From the NCBI GenBank assembly GCA_963837455.1, contig CAWINM010000001.1, positions 2,184,202 through 2,248,201 of the forward strand: a stretch of DNA of 64,000 nt, given 5' to 3'. Shown piece after piece: positions 37,668-46,850 of the stretch. This DNA comes from Thermoanaerobaculia bacterium. Its GTDB lineage: Bacteria; Acidobacteriota; Thermoanaerobaculia; Multivoradales; JAIOJS01. Within the stretch, counting starts at the first letter, position 1, and each line of letters begins with the position of its first letter. A program made the translations under genes and the position numbers. The notes beneath the pieces are model-generated. The model was not told the origin of the DNA and did not search any database. It was given only the letters and a program-made list of their open reading frames with translations.

Positions 37668-40502
37668 AACGGTGACTGCGTAGCGCGGCTGACTAGCGAT
37701 CTCAGGATCGCGTCCAGCACGAGGTCCAGCTCTTTGCCGACGTCTTCGGCGAGGAACCGGAGCACCAAGTAGCCGCTCTCCTGGAGCAACTGGTCCTTGC
37801 GCCTGTCTCGCCGATAGGCGACCGGGTCGGCCAGGTGTTGGGCTCCGTCCAGCTCTACCGCCACCCTTGCATCGGCGCACAGCAGGTCGACTTCCAGCCG
37901 CGCCATGCCGTCGAACGGGATTGGCAGCGTGGCGTTGACGCCGAAGCGCCCCTTCGTTTCCGGAAGCGTTTCCAGCCGCCTGAAGAGGAATGCCTCCGTT
38001 GCGCTCCGCGCGCGGTCGGCACCGACGGCATCGGGAGGAACGCCCCTGGCGACATGGACGAAGAGGCTGGCGAGCGGCGCATCCACGCCATCCCTAACCA
38101 GCCGTCGCACGCTCCCCGAGTAGTCGCGCTTCCATACGGGGTCGGAGGGCAGGAGGACGTTCGTGGGCCAGCCGGGGATCGCGCTGGCGGGGAGGAGCAC
38201 GCTGTAGCCGACGGTCTCGTACCCGCGGCAGCGCCGGTCGAACATGCGTGCGAGCATCGGCACTTCGAGGTCCGCGTAGTCATAGATGCGCACCTCGCGC
38301 TTGCCGTCGTATAGCCGGTGCAGTCGGCCCGCGTACTGCGCGATGGTGCCTCGCCAAGAGACCGGCAGCGTGAGGAAGAGCGTGTCGAGGCGGGGATCGT
38401 CGAATCCCTCGCCGATGTACCGGCCAGTAGCGAGGATGGCGCGGGGCTCGTCTCGTGGGATGGCGGCAAGTCTCTCGGCGATGGCCTGTCGCTGCCTCTT
38501 TCCCAGACCTGCGCGGAGCACCACCAGATGTTGAATCCCGTCGGCGAGACAGCGCTCGAGGCGGTCCAGGTGATCGTTGCGCTCGGTCAGGACCAGCGGA
38601 GACCGGCCGTTGCGAACCGACTCGATCACGTCCTCGCAGATCCGCTGATTGCGTGCCTCGTCCTCCAACAGCTCCTGGTAGATGGCCTGGAACTCGAGGC
38701 GCCGGTCAGGGTCGGGCGGCCGGTGGGACCGAAACGACGTCGGCTGCACGAAGACGTAGTGCTCGAAGGGGCGGGCCGCCGCTTGCGACCGGGCACTCAC
38801 CCGATGCCGGACCGGACCACACTGCATGAAGATGATCGGATGGTGCCCGTCCTTGCGGGCCACCGTGGCGGACAACCCGAGGACGAATCGAGCCTTGGCC
38901 TGCCGGGCCACCTGCTCGAAGCTGTGGGCCGAGACATGATGGCATTCGTCGACGACCAAGTGGCCGTAGTCGGCCACGCGATCGTCGACGACGCTCTTGC
39001 GGACCAGGCTCTGGATCACTGCGACATCGAGCAACCCGGATGGTCGATTCCTGCCGCCGCCGATACGGCCGATCGACTTCGCGGGAAGGTCCAGGAAGGC
39101 GGCAAGCCGCTCGATCCACTGTTCGAGCAACTGGCGTCGATGAACGAGGACGAGCGTGTTCACGCCACGCTCGGCAATGAGCCAAGCGGCAACGACGGTC
39201 TTGCCGAACGCCGTGGTGGCGGCAAGCACGCCGGTGTCGTGCTTCAACATGGCGGCCGCGGCCGCTCTTCTGTTCGAGACGTAGCTCGCCACGGAAGGCG
39301 ATGTCGAGGGGGCGGCCGGTCGAGCGTTCGTCTCGAATCGTCGTGCGAACGCCCAGTGCGCGAAGCGTCTGCTGGACGTCTTCGAGGCAGCCGCGCGGCA
39401 GGGCAACGTGGCGGGGATGGTCCTCGGCGCATGCGATCACTCGCGGCTTGTCGTAGGTCGACAGCCGCATCGCCTGGGCCTTGTAGAACTCGGGATTCTG
39501 AAACGCCGCCATGCGGAGCAGTCGGTTCCTCAAACCGGGATGAAGAGCGTCCTTGGAGATGTAGATCTGATTGCCCAAGACCAGCTCCAGCGCCGCCGGA
39601 AGCTCGCCTACCAGTGGCGGATCGGCATGCCGGCGCGAGGGAGGCGCGGTCCACGGTTCATCTTCCTCATCCTGTGGCGGCAGCCGAACCCCGAGGACGC
39701 GCCCCCGCCGCTCTGCCTCTTGGACGATGGTTTCCGCCTGGGCTCGGCTGACCGGGCGCATGCTAGCGAGAAATGTCCATTGATCGGCCCACGGAATCAG
39801 CTGCTCGTCGAGGAACACGCTGTTTCCCATATCGCGGGCGCTCTTCTGCAGCGGAAGAGCGATGAGGTTTCCGAAGCCACCTTGCGGCAGGGTGTCCTGG
39901 TTGGGAAACAAACGGTCGTACGAGTCCAGGCCCATGTCGGGCCGCCCCTCCATGGCTTCGGTGAGGAGGTGGGAACCGAGGCGCCGCGCCAAGGCTGCCG
40001 GGACGGCTTCCCCGAAGAAGAGCCAGATGTGCCCGCCGCGGCCGGATCGCGAGCGTTCGAGCGCCGCCGGCAGATCGAGACGCCGACACGCGTTCATGAA
40101 GGCGAGGGAGTCGTCTTGCCACCCGGCTTTGTCGAAGTCGACTGCGAGGAAGAAGCACGTCTCGTCGAGGAGCAGGGGATACACGCCGGCGACGAACCGC
40201 TGGCCATCGGCATCCTGGCCCGAGAGGTGCCAGCGAATGACCTGATCGGTGACAGGAAGGAAGCGACGGTTGGGACACTCGGCGCACTTGATTCGCGGCT
40301 TCTCGCAGATGCCGCGAACCCACTCGTTCGCGCAAGCGGGCGCATACCCGGCTTTCCCGGTCTTCCGGCTCTCGAACCGCCGAGGGTACACATCATCTCG
40401 ACCGCGGAAGAGCGACCGGAAAAGTGCGATCTTGGCCTCGGATGACGACGATTGATCGACCGCGGCAGAGGTTGGCGTGACGGGGACGCCGTGGGCGAGC
40501 AG
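37643..40502 (-). pseudogene. large fusion protein: N-terminal archaeo-eukaryotic-primase (PrimPol)-like domain with a Zn ribbon, a central SF2 DEAD/DEAH helicase, and a C-terminal DUF559 (Vsr-like endonuclease fold). One frameshift at about 39270-39280; the start is not resolved
   Basis: The upstream frame has PrimPol-like motifs (…CANEW…CAECPNRRF…; LAVDFDK; GGHIWLFF; …DSYDRLFPNQDTLPQGGFGNLIALP…) and ends …DIAFRGELRLEQ. The downstream frame continues …AAAMLKHDTGVLAATTAFGKTVVA…, …HLVVDECHHVSA… and a C-terminal …ADARVAVELDGAQH…RRDRRKDQLLQESGYLVLRF…. It converges on repA with a 25-nt overlap. Confidence 0.6.
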
Positions 40503-40555
40503 CGTGCCCGAGTTACGCGCCGTGCTGGGCGTCGAAGCGTTCTCCGATCGTGTGG

Positions 40556-41368
40556 TCAAGGGCCCTTCCAGGCCTCTCCCGGGAGACGGGGTGCGATCTC
40601 GTCGAGTACGAGTCGGGCGGCGCGGTGGAGATCCCATTCGACGCCGTACGCCAGCAACGGCTGAAGATCGGCGGTGAACACACGGTCCTCGAGCTTGCCC
40701 GTCAAGTTCGCCTCGAGCTCCGCTCGGGAGACGCGCAGGCCGTCCGACTCGAGGTACCGTCGGAAGCAGGAGACCACACGATCGAAGTCGACGGAGGCGT
40801 GGCTCGCGGCCCACCAGATGTCGAAGAGGTCCCGGGCCTTCTTGCGCTGGTAGAGGGCGCGAAGCTTGGTGCCGAGCAGCTCGTCCAGAGCGTAGGTCGA
40901 GATCGACGCGGCTCCCGAGAACCAGCGCGACCGCACGTCGAACGGTCGGCTTTCGAGCCCGAGGAAATTGAAGTGCTCGCGCGAGTTGATCTCGACCTTG
41001 AGGCGAAGCGGGAGAGGTTCGGTGTCCTCGGAAGCGAATCGATAGAGAAGCGTGACGCGTCCCTGGTTTCGGGCCCGCTTGGGCGCGCCGAGCCAGGGGT
41101 CGAGTCGCGCGCGCAGGCGATCGAGCGTTGCTCCGATCGGCTCGGCGCGAGTTTGCACGAGGTCGATGTCTTCCGAGTAGCGTGGCGCCGGGGTCAGATA
41201 CAGCTTGAAGAGCGCGGTCCCTCCCCGGAACGCGAAGGCTCGAGCGAGGTCCGGGTCGCCGAAGATCTCGACCAAGACCCGGCTGAGGACGAGATCCTGC
41301 TCCACTTGAGAGCTCGGTACCCAAGCGACTTGCTGGCGCCACTCGGCAATGAAGTCGGCCGGGATCAC
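40556..41368 (-). CDS. abiEii: AbiEii-family nucleotidyltransferase toxin (type IV toxin-antitoxin)
   Basis: GTG start at 41368 (MIPADFIAEWRQQVAWVP…). Motifs …FAFRGGTALFKLYL…RYSEDIDL…. Confidence 0.8.
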   Translation of the reverse strand: MIPADFIAEWRQQVAWVPSSQVEQDLVLSRVLVEIFGDPDLARAFAFRGGTALFKLYLTPAPRYSEDIDLVQTRAEPIGATLDRLRARLDPWLGAPKRARNQGRVTLLYRFASEDTEPLPLRLKVEINSREHFNFLGLESRPFDVRSRWFSGAASISTYALDELLGTKLRALYQRKKARDLFDIWWAASHASVDFDRVVSCFRRYLESDGLRVSRAELEANLTGKLEDRVFTADLQPLLAYGVEWDLHRAARLVLDEIAPRLPGEAWKGP

Positions 41369-42186
41369 AGATCCGGCTCCACGTCCGAGTTGATTCGGAG
41401 CTTCCAGCGCTCGTCGCGCGGAGATTGACTGCTCTCGTCGCCAGGAACGAGCGAGGCTGTTTCCGTCGCACGCCGGGCGACGAACTTCGCCAGCTGCTCG
41501 CTGCGTGTCGAGTGCCCGACCCGATCGAGGAGGTGGCCGAGTCGCTGCGCCCACGGAATCGGTGAGAGTGGACCGAGTGCAGCGAGCCGCTTGGCGTCGA
41601 TCCTCTCTGCGAGCTCGGCCAAGACGGTGGCGACGTTGTTGAGCCCGCCGCAGCGCTCTTGGTAGCCGACCAGGTCGAAGGCGGTGGCCTCGGGAGACGA
41701 GATCTGGAGGAATCCTCGCGGGGTGTTGACCTTCTCCATCGGCATGGCCGCCGCGTTGCGGCGTGCCACGAAATCGACCTCAACCCGGCCGCAGCGGATC
41801 GGAGGTCGACTCTTCGGCACGACGACCTGGAACTGCTGCGGTTGCTGATGGGCTGCCCCGTGATAGCGAGCCGCTGTCAGGAGCCCGCCGTAGTAGGGGA
41901 CCGAGAGACGCTCCATCAGCTGAGGGACGAACTGCTCGGGAGGCAAGCAGCCGAGAGTTTGATACTCAACAGGGACGTAGAGGTAGAAGCCCCGGTGCGG
42001 GCTGGCGACCTCTCCTCTCGCCTTCAGCCGGCGGAGTGCAGCTCGCGCGGCGGTGTCCGAGACCCCGAGCTCCCGGACGATCTCGTCCGTCGAGAAGAGG
42101 TACCGCCCCCGAGCGGCCCAGTCCCGAACCAGATGTCGTGCTGACCTGCGCGGAGTTTCAGGATTCACGCGGCCAAAGTAACGCAA
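41365..42186 (-). CDS. abiEi: AbiEi-family transcriptional regulator / antitoxin (type IV toxin-antitoxin)
   Basis: N-terminal wHTH-like region (…LFSTDEIVRELGVSDTAARAALRRLKARGEV…) and a 4-nt overlap with the abiEii start. Confidence 0.75.
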   Translation of the reverse strand: MRYFGRVNPETPRRSARHLVRDWAARGRYLFSTDEIVRELGVSDTAARAALRRLKARGEVASPHRGFYLYVPVEYQTLGCLPPEQFVPQLMERLSVPYYGGLLTAARYHGAAHQQPQQFQVVVPKSRPPIRCGRVEVDFVARRNAAAMPMEKVNTPRGFLQISSPEATAFDLVGYQERCGGLNNVATVLAELAERIDAKRLAALGPLSPIPWAQRLGHLLDRVGHSTRSEQLAKFVARRATETASLVPGDESSQSPRDERWKLRINSDVEPDL

Positions 42187-42441
42187 ACCGGTACATCTGT
42201 CGAGCGAATCCGGCGCGGCCAGAGCTGTCGATCAGGTCGACAGTTCGCTCCTCGTGGTTCGAAGTCAGAGCCCAAGGTCGACCTTGGTTGGACGACTTTG
42301 AACCCAATCCGCTGTCACGACCTAAGCTCTGCAGAATCAAAAGGATCGCGAACCTGCGAGGAGCTGCCGGCCGGACGGCCTCCACGGGCCCAGCGTGCCG
42401 GAGCGAAGCTAACTTATTGTGGGCTAGTAGGTTAGCTGTGC

Positions 42442-42517
42442 TGGTAGCGCATGGGGGATTCGAACCCCCGTTACCGCCGTGAGAGGGCGGCGTCCTGGAC
42501 CCCTAGACGAATGCGCC
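42442..42517 (-). tRNA. tRNA-Glu (anticodon CUC)
   Basis: Manual cloverleaf: acceptor stem GGCGCAU/AUGCGCU, anticodon stem CCGCC/GGCGG with loop CUCUCAC, T arm GGGGG-UUCGAAU-CCCCC, and an encoded CCA at 42442-42444. Confidence 0.75.
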
Positions 42518-43114
42518 TCAATGACCTGCCGAGGAGTGCTGCGGGCACAGGGGCTCGAGGCCACGGGGGCCCGGGAGCCCAAGGCGGCGCAGAAGATAGC
42601 ACAGCGCGACGAGGCCTCGCAATCGAGCTGGGCTCAGCGAACGCGGCCCTGGGCGCCACGTGGAATCTGGCCCGATTGAGCGGAGTCGCGCAGGCAGGCG
42701 GCCTTCCATAGGCCCGCGAGCGACTCGGGCCATCGAGCGATGGCGGCTTTGCCAGTGCCGCAGCCCCTATGCGTGGCGCCACAACCGCGGGCTCGTCGAG
42801 GAGTCTTCCTGCTCTGCAGAGGCCACGCCCCAGATTCGAGCCACGCAGCGACCAAACGAGATCGCAGGGATCGGCGTCGCGGCGATCACGGCGGTCGGGA
42901 GCAGGCAGCGACTGTCCGCAACTCCGCTCCCCCGGCAGCGTAGAATTGCGTAGATGTCGCGTCCTGTTGGAACAGAAGAGACCCCACCCGGCGGCCGACG
43001 TTCGGCAAAGACCCTGGCTTCGAGCCGAGCGCGGAATGCCAGGAAGCCGGGAGGGAGTCTGAGGGAGGGATGCTGGAAGCAAGGCCCTGAGGCCAGCGCA
43101 CCAGCTTTCTACCA

Positions 43115-43507
43115 TTGAGCCGACGCGCTCTCGCCCGCGGGCCTCGTAACCCACTGTTGCGGCGACCCCTCGCTGCGTGCGCCCTGACGTGCGGGCTGTT
43201 GCTGGGGCCGCTGACCCCGCACAGCGGCAGCGAGCTGCAGGGTGCCGTGGAGCGGTCGACGGAGGTGTTCCGCACCGCCGGCCACGCTACGGTGGGCGGC
43301 CAGGCCTGCCTCGAGACGACCAGGCTGCTCGAGCTGCCCAGCTGCCCGGCGTGCCTGCTGCAGCTGCAGACCGTTGCCGCTGCGGTGAAGCTTCCACAGG
43401 GTGCCATCGGGCCCGCCCGCGCCGGCAGGGCGATGGCGCCGCCGGTCGTCGCTCCGGCCTTCCTTCCCGCCCGCCACGCCTCCTCTCGCGGTCCGCCGCT
43501 CGCCTGA
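43115..43507 (+). CDS. possible small Cys-containing secreted protein (weak call)
   Basis: 130-aa ORF with a hydrophobic N-terminus, in an otherwise gene-poor 1.1-kb stretch. Confidence 0.25.
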   Translation: MSRRALARGPRNPLLRRPLAACALTCGLLLGPLTPHSGSELQGAVERSTEVFRTAGHATVGGQACLETTRLLELPSCPACLLQLQTVAAAVKLPQGAIGPARAGRAMAPPVVAPAFLPARHASSRGPPLA

Positions 43508-43618
43508 CCGCCTCGCAATCCGGAGCTGAGGTGCGCCTCGACGACGAGGCCGCGCACCTCGACGTTCTCACCTGATTGCCGTCGCGGAGCATTCCTCCGC
43601 GACCCCGAGGAGGCAGCC

Positions 43619-45004
43619 ATGCAGGGTCGCTGCGAGCGGCACTCGAGAGTGGCGAAGGCGGCCGCCGTCTTCGTCGCCGTCATGGTCACGTGGGGAGCAA
43701 CGGCGCGGGCCCAGGAGCCCGCCGCCGACGCGGTGGCAGCGCTGCGGGCGGAAATCGCGACGCTGCGCAGCGAGTACGAGCAGCGTCTGGCGGCGCTCGA
43801 GCGGAAGCTCGACGCCTTAGAGACGAAGGTGGGATCATCGGAGGCGGCGCCGGCCGCGGCGGACGCGACGGCCGCAGCCTCCGGTACCCACGCGGAGGGA
43901 GAGGAGAGCCCAGGCGAAACCACGGAAGCGGGGTCCGGCTCCGCTCCCGCCCCCGCTTACGCGCCGCCGCCGCCGATGGCGGAGCCGGCCATGCCGGTGA
44001 TGGCGGCGGCCGCCCCGTCGCAGACATCGAACTACTTCAACCCCTCGATCTCGCTGATCGGCAACTTCCTGGCCGTCGCCGGGCACGATTCGGTCGAGGA
44101 TCTGCCGAGCGCCGACCTGCGGGAGTCGGAGCTGGGGCTGCAGGCGGTGGTCGACCCCTACGCGCGCGCCGACGTGTTCATCTCGATCGGCGAGCAGGAC
44201 GCGGTGGACGTGGAGGAGGGTTACCTCACCTTCACCGCGCTGCCCGCCGACCTGCTGGCGAAGGTGGGGCGCATGCGGGTGTCGTTCGGCAAGATCAACA
44301 CCCTGCACCTGCACGTGCTGCCGTGGCCCGACGAGCCGTTGCCGATCGTCGACCTGCTGGGGGGCGAGGAGGGGTGGATCGGCACCGGGGTGTCGGCGGC
44401 GCGGCTGATCCCGCTCGGCGACACCTTCTCGGAGCTCACCGGCCAGGTGTTCCGCGGCACCGATGGCGGGCCCTTCGCCGGCAGCAGGCACGGCGACCTC
44501 GCCTACAACCTCCACTACCGGCTCTTCCGCGACCTCACCGAGTCGACCAACCTCGACCTCGGCCTGTCGTACGGCGGCGGCCCCAACGACAGCGAGGCCG
44601 ATGCCCACACGCGGCTCACCGGCGTCGATGCGACGCTGCGCTGGAAGCCGCTGCAGACGGCGACCTACCGTTCGTTCACCGCCCGTGGCGAGCTGATCCG
44701 CAGCCAGCGCCAGCAGCCGGGCCCGGACGCCAACGCCATCGGCTGGTTCCTCTCCGGCGACTACCAACTCGCCAAGCGCTGGTTCGTCGGCGCCCGCTAC
44801 GAGTCCTCCGAGCACGCCGTCGACACCGCGTTGCGCGACAGCGGCGAGGCGCTGACGCTCACCTACTGGCCCAGCGAGTTCTCCCAGCTGCGCGGCGAGC
44901 TGCGCCGGCGGCGCTACGAAGGCCTCGATGCCGACGTGGTCGCCAACGAGCTCCTGATGCAGCTGCAGTTCGCCATCGGCGCCCACGGCGCCCATCCCTT
45001 CTGA
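43619..45004 (+). CDS. outer-membrane beta-barrel porin-like protein with an N-terminal coiled coil, first gene of the zinc-uptake cluster
   Basis: Signal peptide, a coiled-coil segment (…LRAEIATLRSEYEQRLAALERKLDALE…), then alternating-hydrophobic beta-strand-like sequence ending in an aromatic C-terminus (…GAHPF). Confidence 0.7.
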   Translation: MQGRCERHSRVAKAAAVFVAVMVTWGATARAQEPAADAVAALRAEIATLRSEYEQRLAALERKLDALETKVGSSEAAPAAADATAAASGTHAEGEESPGETTEAGSGSAPAPAYAPPPPMAEPAMPVMAAAAPSQTSNYFNPSISLIGNFLAVAGHDSVEDLPSADLRESELGLQAVVDPYARADVFISIGEQDAVDVEEGYLTFTALPADLLAKVGRMRVSFGKINTLHLHVLPWPDEPLPIVDLLGGEEGWIGTGVSAARLIPLGDTFSELTGQVFRGTDGGPFAGSRHGDLAYNLHYRLFRDLTESTNLDLGLSYGGGPNDSEADAHTRLTGVDATLRWKPLQTATYRSFTARGELIRSQRQQPGPDANAIGWFLSGDYQLAKRWFVGARYESSEHAVDTALRDSGEALTLTYWPSEFSQLRGELRRRRYEGLDADVVANELLMQLQFAIGAHGAHPF

Positions 45005-45016
45005 GGTGCTGCCACC

Positions 45017-45931
45017 ATGAAGACCAAGATCGTCGGTAGCCTCGTCGCCGGCCTGCTGCTCGCCGGCGGCGCGCAGGCGAAGCTCAACGTCGTCACCACC
45101 CTGCAGGACCTCGCCTCGATCGCGCAGGCGGTCGGCGGCGAGCGCGTCGATGCCTTCGCCATCGCCAAGGGATACCAGGATCCTCACTTCGTCGACGCCA
45201 AGCCGTCTTTCGTGCTCAAGCTCTCGCGCGCCGACCTCTTGATCGTCGCCGGGCTCGAGCTCGAGATCGGCTACCTGCCGCCGCTCATCGACCAGAGCCG
45301 CAACGCCAAGCTGCAGCCGGGAGGGGTCGGCTACCTCGACGCCTCGGTGGGCTGCGACATCCTGCAGCGGCCGACGACGCAGGTGACGCGGGCGATGGGA
45401 GACGTCCACCCCTACGGCAACCCGCACTACTGGACGGACCCCGAGAACGGCCGGATGATCGCCCGCGCCGTCGCCCAGAGGCTCGCGGAGATCGACTCCG
45501 CGGGGGCGACGACGTACGCCAGGAACCTCGCCGCTTTCGAGGCGCGGCTGACCCAGAAGGAGGGGGAGTGGCAGGCGAAGATGGCGCCCTTCGCCGGCGC
45601 CAAGGTGGTCACCTTCCACGACTCCTGGCCGAACTTCGCCAAGCGCTTCGCGCTGCAGGTGGTGGGGCACGTGGAGCCCAAGCCGGGTATCCCGCCGACC
45701 CCGTCGCACACGCTCGAGATCGTCAACCTGATCGAGGGGCAGAAGGTGCCGCTGATCCTCGTCGAGCCCTACTTCGACCTCAAGACGCCCAAGTACATCG
45801 CCGGCAAGACGGGGGCGCAGGTGCTCGTCTTCTACCCCTCGGTGGGTGGCACGCCGGCGATCCAGGACTACTTCACCCTCTTCGACACCAACATCGACCA
45901 CTTCGTGGCGGCGATGAAGGGAGCCCGGTAA
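45017..45931 (+). CDS. znuA: zinc/metal ABC transporter substrate-binding protein (ZnuA/TroA family)
   Basis: Signal peptide plus the conserved …DPHFVD…, …GDVHPYGNPHYW… and …VTFHDSWPNF… regions. Confidence 0.85.
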   Translation: MKTKIVGSLVAGLLLAGGAQAKLNVVTTLQDLASIAQAVGGERVDAFAIAKGYQDPHFVDAKPSFVLKLSRADLLIVAGLELEIGYLPPLIDQSRNAKLQPGGVGYLDASVGCDILQRPTTQVTRAMGDVHPYGNPHYWTDPENGRMIARAVAQRLAEIDSAGATTYARNLAAFEARLTQKEGEWQAKMAPFAGAKVVTFHDSWPNFAKRFALQVVGHVEPKPGIPPTPSHTLEIVNLIEGQKVPLILVEPYFDLKTPKYIAGKTGAQVLVFYPSVGGTPAIQDYFTLFDTNIDHFVAAMKGAR

Positions 45932-45936
45932 GCGCC

Positions 45937-46812
45937 ATGGGAATCTTCGAGCTGCTGCTGCCCGCCTTCGTCGCCAGCCTCATCCTCACCGGCATCCACG
46001 CCTACCTCGGCGTGCACGTGGTCGAGCGCGGGGTGATCTTCGTCGATCTCTCGCTGGCCCAGATCGCGGCCTTGGGGACGACGGTCGCCTACCTCGCCGG
46101 CTACGACTTGCACGCCCGCGCTGCCTATCTCTTTTCGCTCGGGTTCACCTTCCTGGGGGCGGCGATCTTCGCCTTCTCGCGCGTGCACCGCAAGACGCGC
46201 ATCCCGCAGGAGGCGATCATCGGCATCGTCTACGCGGTGTCGGCGGCGCTCGCCATCCTGGTGATGTCGAAGGCGACGCAGGAGACCGAGCACCTCAAGG
46301 AGATGCTGGTCGGCAACATCCTCTCGGTGACCTGGCCCGAGCTGGGCAAGACGGCGGGGCTCTACGCTCTCGTCGGCCTCTTCCACTACGTCTTCCGCGA
46401 GCGCTTCCTGCTCATCTCGATGCAGGAGGAGGAGGCGGAGCGGCGCGGCTGGAACGTGCGTTTCTGGGACTTCCTGTTCTATGTTTCGTTCGGCTTCGTG
46501 GTCACTTCGTCGGTGGCCATTGCCGGCGTGCTGCTGGTGTTCAGCTTCCTCATCGTGCCCTCGGTGACGGCGATGCTGTTCGCGCGGCGGTTGGGGGCAC
46601 GGCTCGCCATCGGCTGGACGATGGGCGCGGCGGTGTCGGCGGGGGGCGTGGCGCTGTCCTTCCTCCTCGACCTGCCGACCGGCGCCACCATCGTGGTGAC
46701 CTTTGGCGTCAGCCTGTTGTTGCTCGCCGTCGCCCGCTGGCTGTTCGTGCGTGCCCGCGGGCGGCAGGACGCCGGCGGCGAGTCAGAGCTCGCCGCGGCA
46801 GCGAGCCACTAG
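45937..46812 (+). CDS. znuB: metal ABC transporter permease (ZnuB family)
   Basis: ATG at 45937 and eight predicted TM helices. No adjacent ATPase gene (znuC) was seen. Confidence 0.85.
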   Translation: MGIFELLLPAFVASLILTGIHAYLGVHVVERGVIFVDLSLAQIAALGTTVAYLAGYDLHARAAYLFSLGFTFLGAAIFAFSRVHRKTRIPQEAIIGIVYAVSAALAILVMSKATQETEHLKEMLVGNILSVTWPELGKTAGLYALVGLFHYVFRERFLLISMQEEEAERRGWNVRFWDFLFYVSFGFVVTSSVAIAGVLLVFSFLIVPSVTAMLFARRLGARLAIGWTMGAAVSAGGVALSFLLDLPTGATIVVTFGVSLLLLAVARWLFVRARGRQDAGGESELAAAASH

Positions 46813-46850
46813 CAACCGCGGAGAGACGCGCACCGCGGCGTCGCCGTCGC

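Noticed and set aside
42187-42441. Searched for an integrase/recombinase gene or an obvious attachment-site repeat next to the tRNA
   Set aside because: No ORF with recombinase motifs is present. The lower-GC 250-bp spacer has no coding signal. An att repeat could not be confirmed by eye.
43835-45901. 688-aa minus-strand ORF
   Set aside because: Antisense to the porin and znuA; R/G/D-rich artefact.
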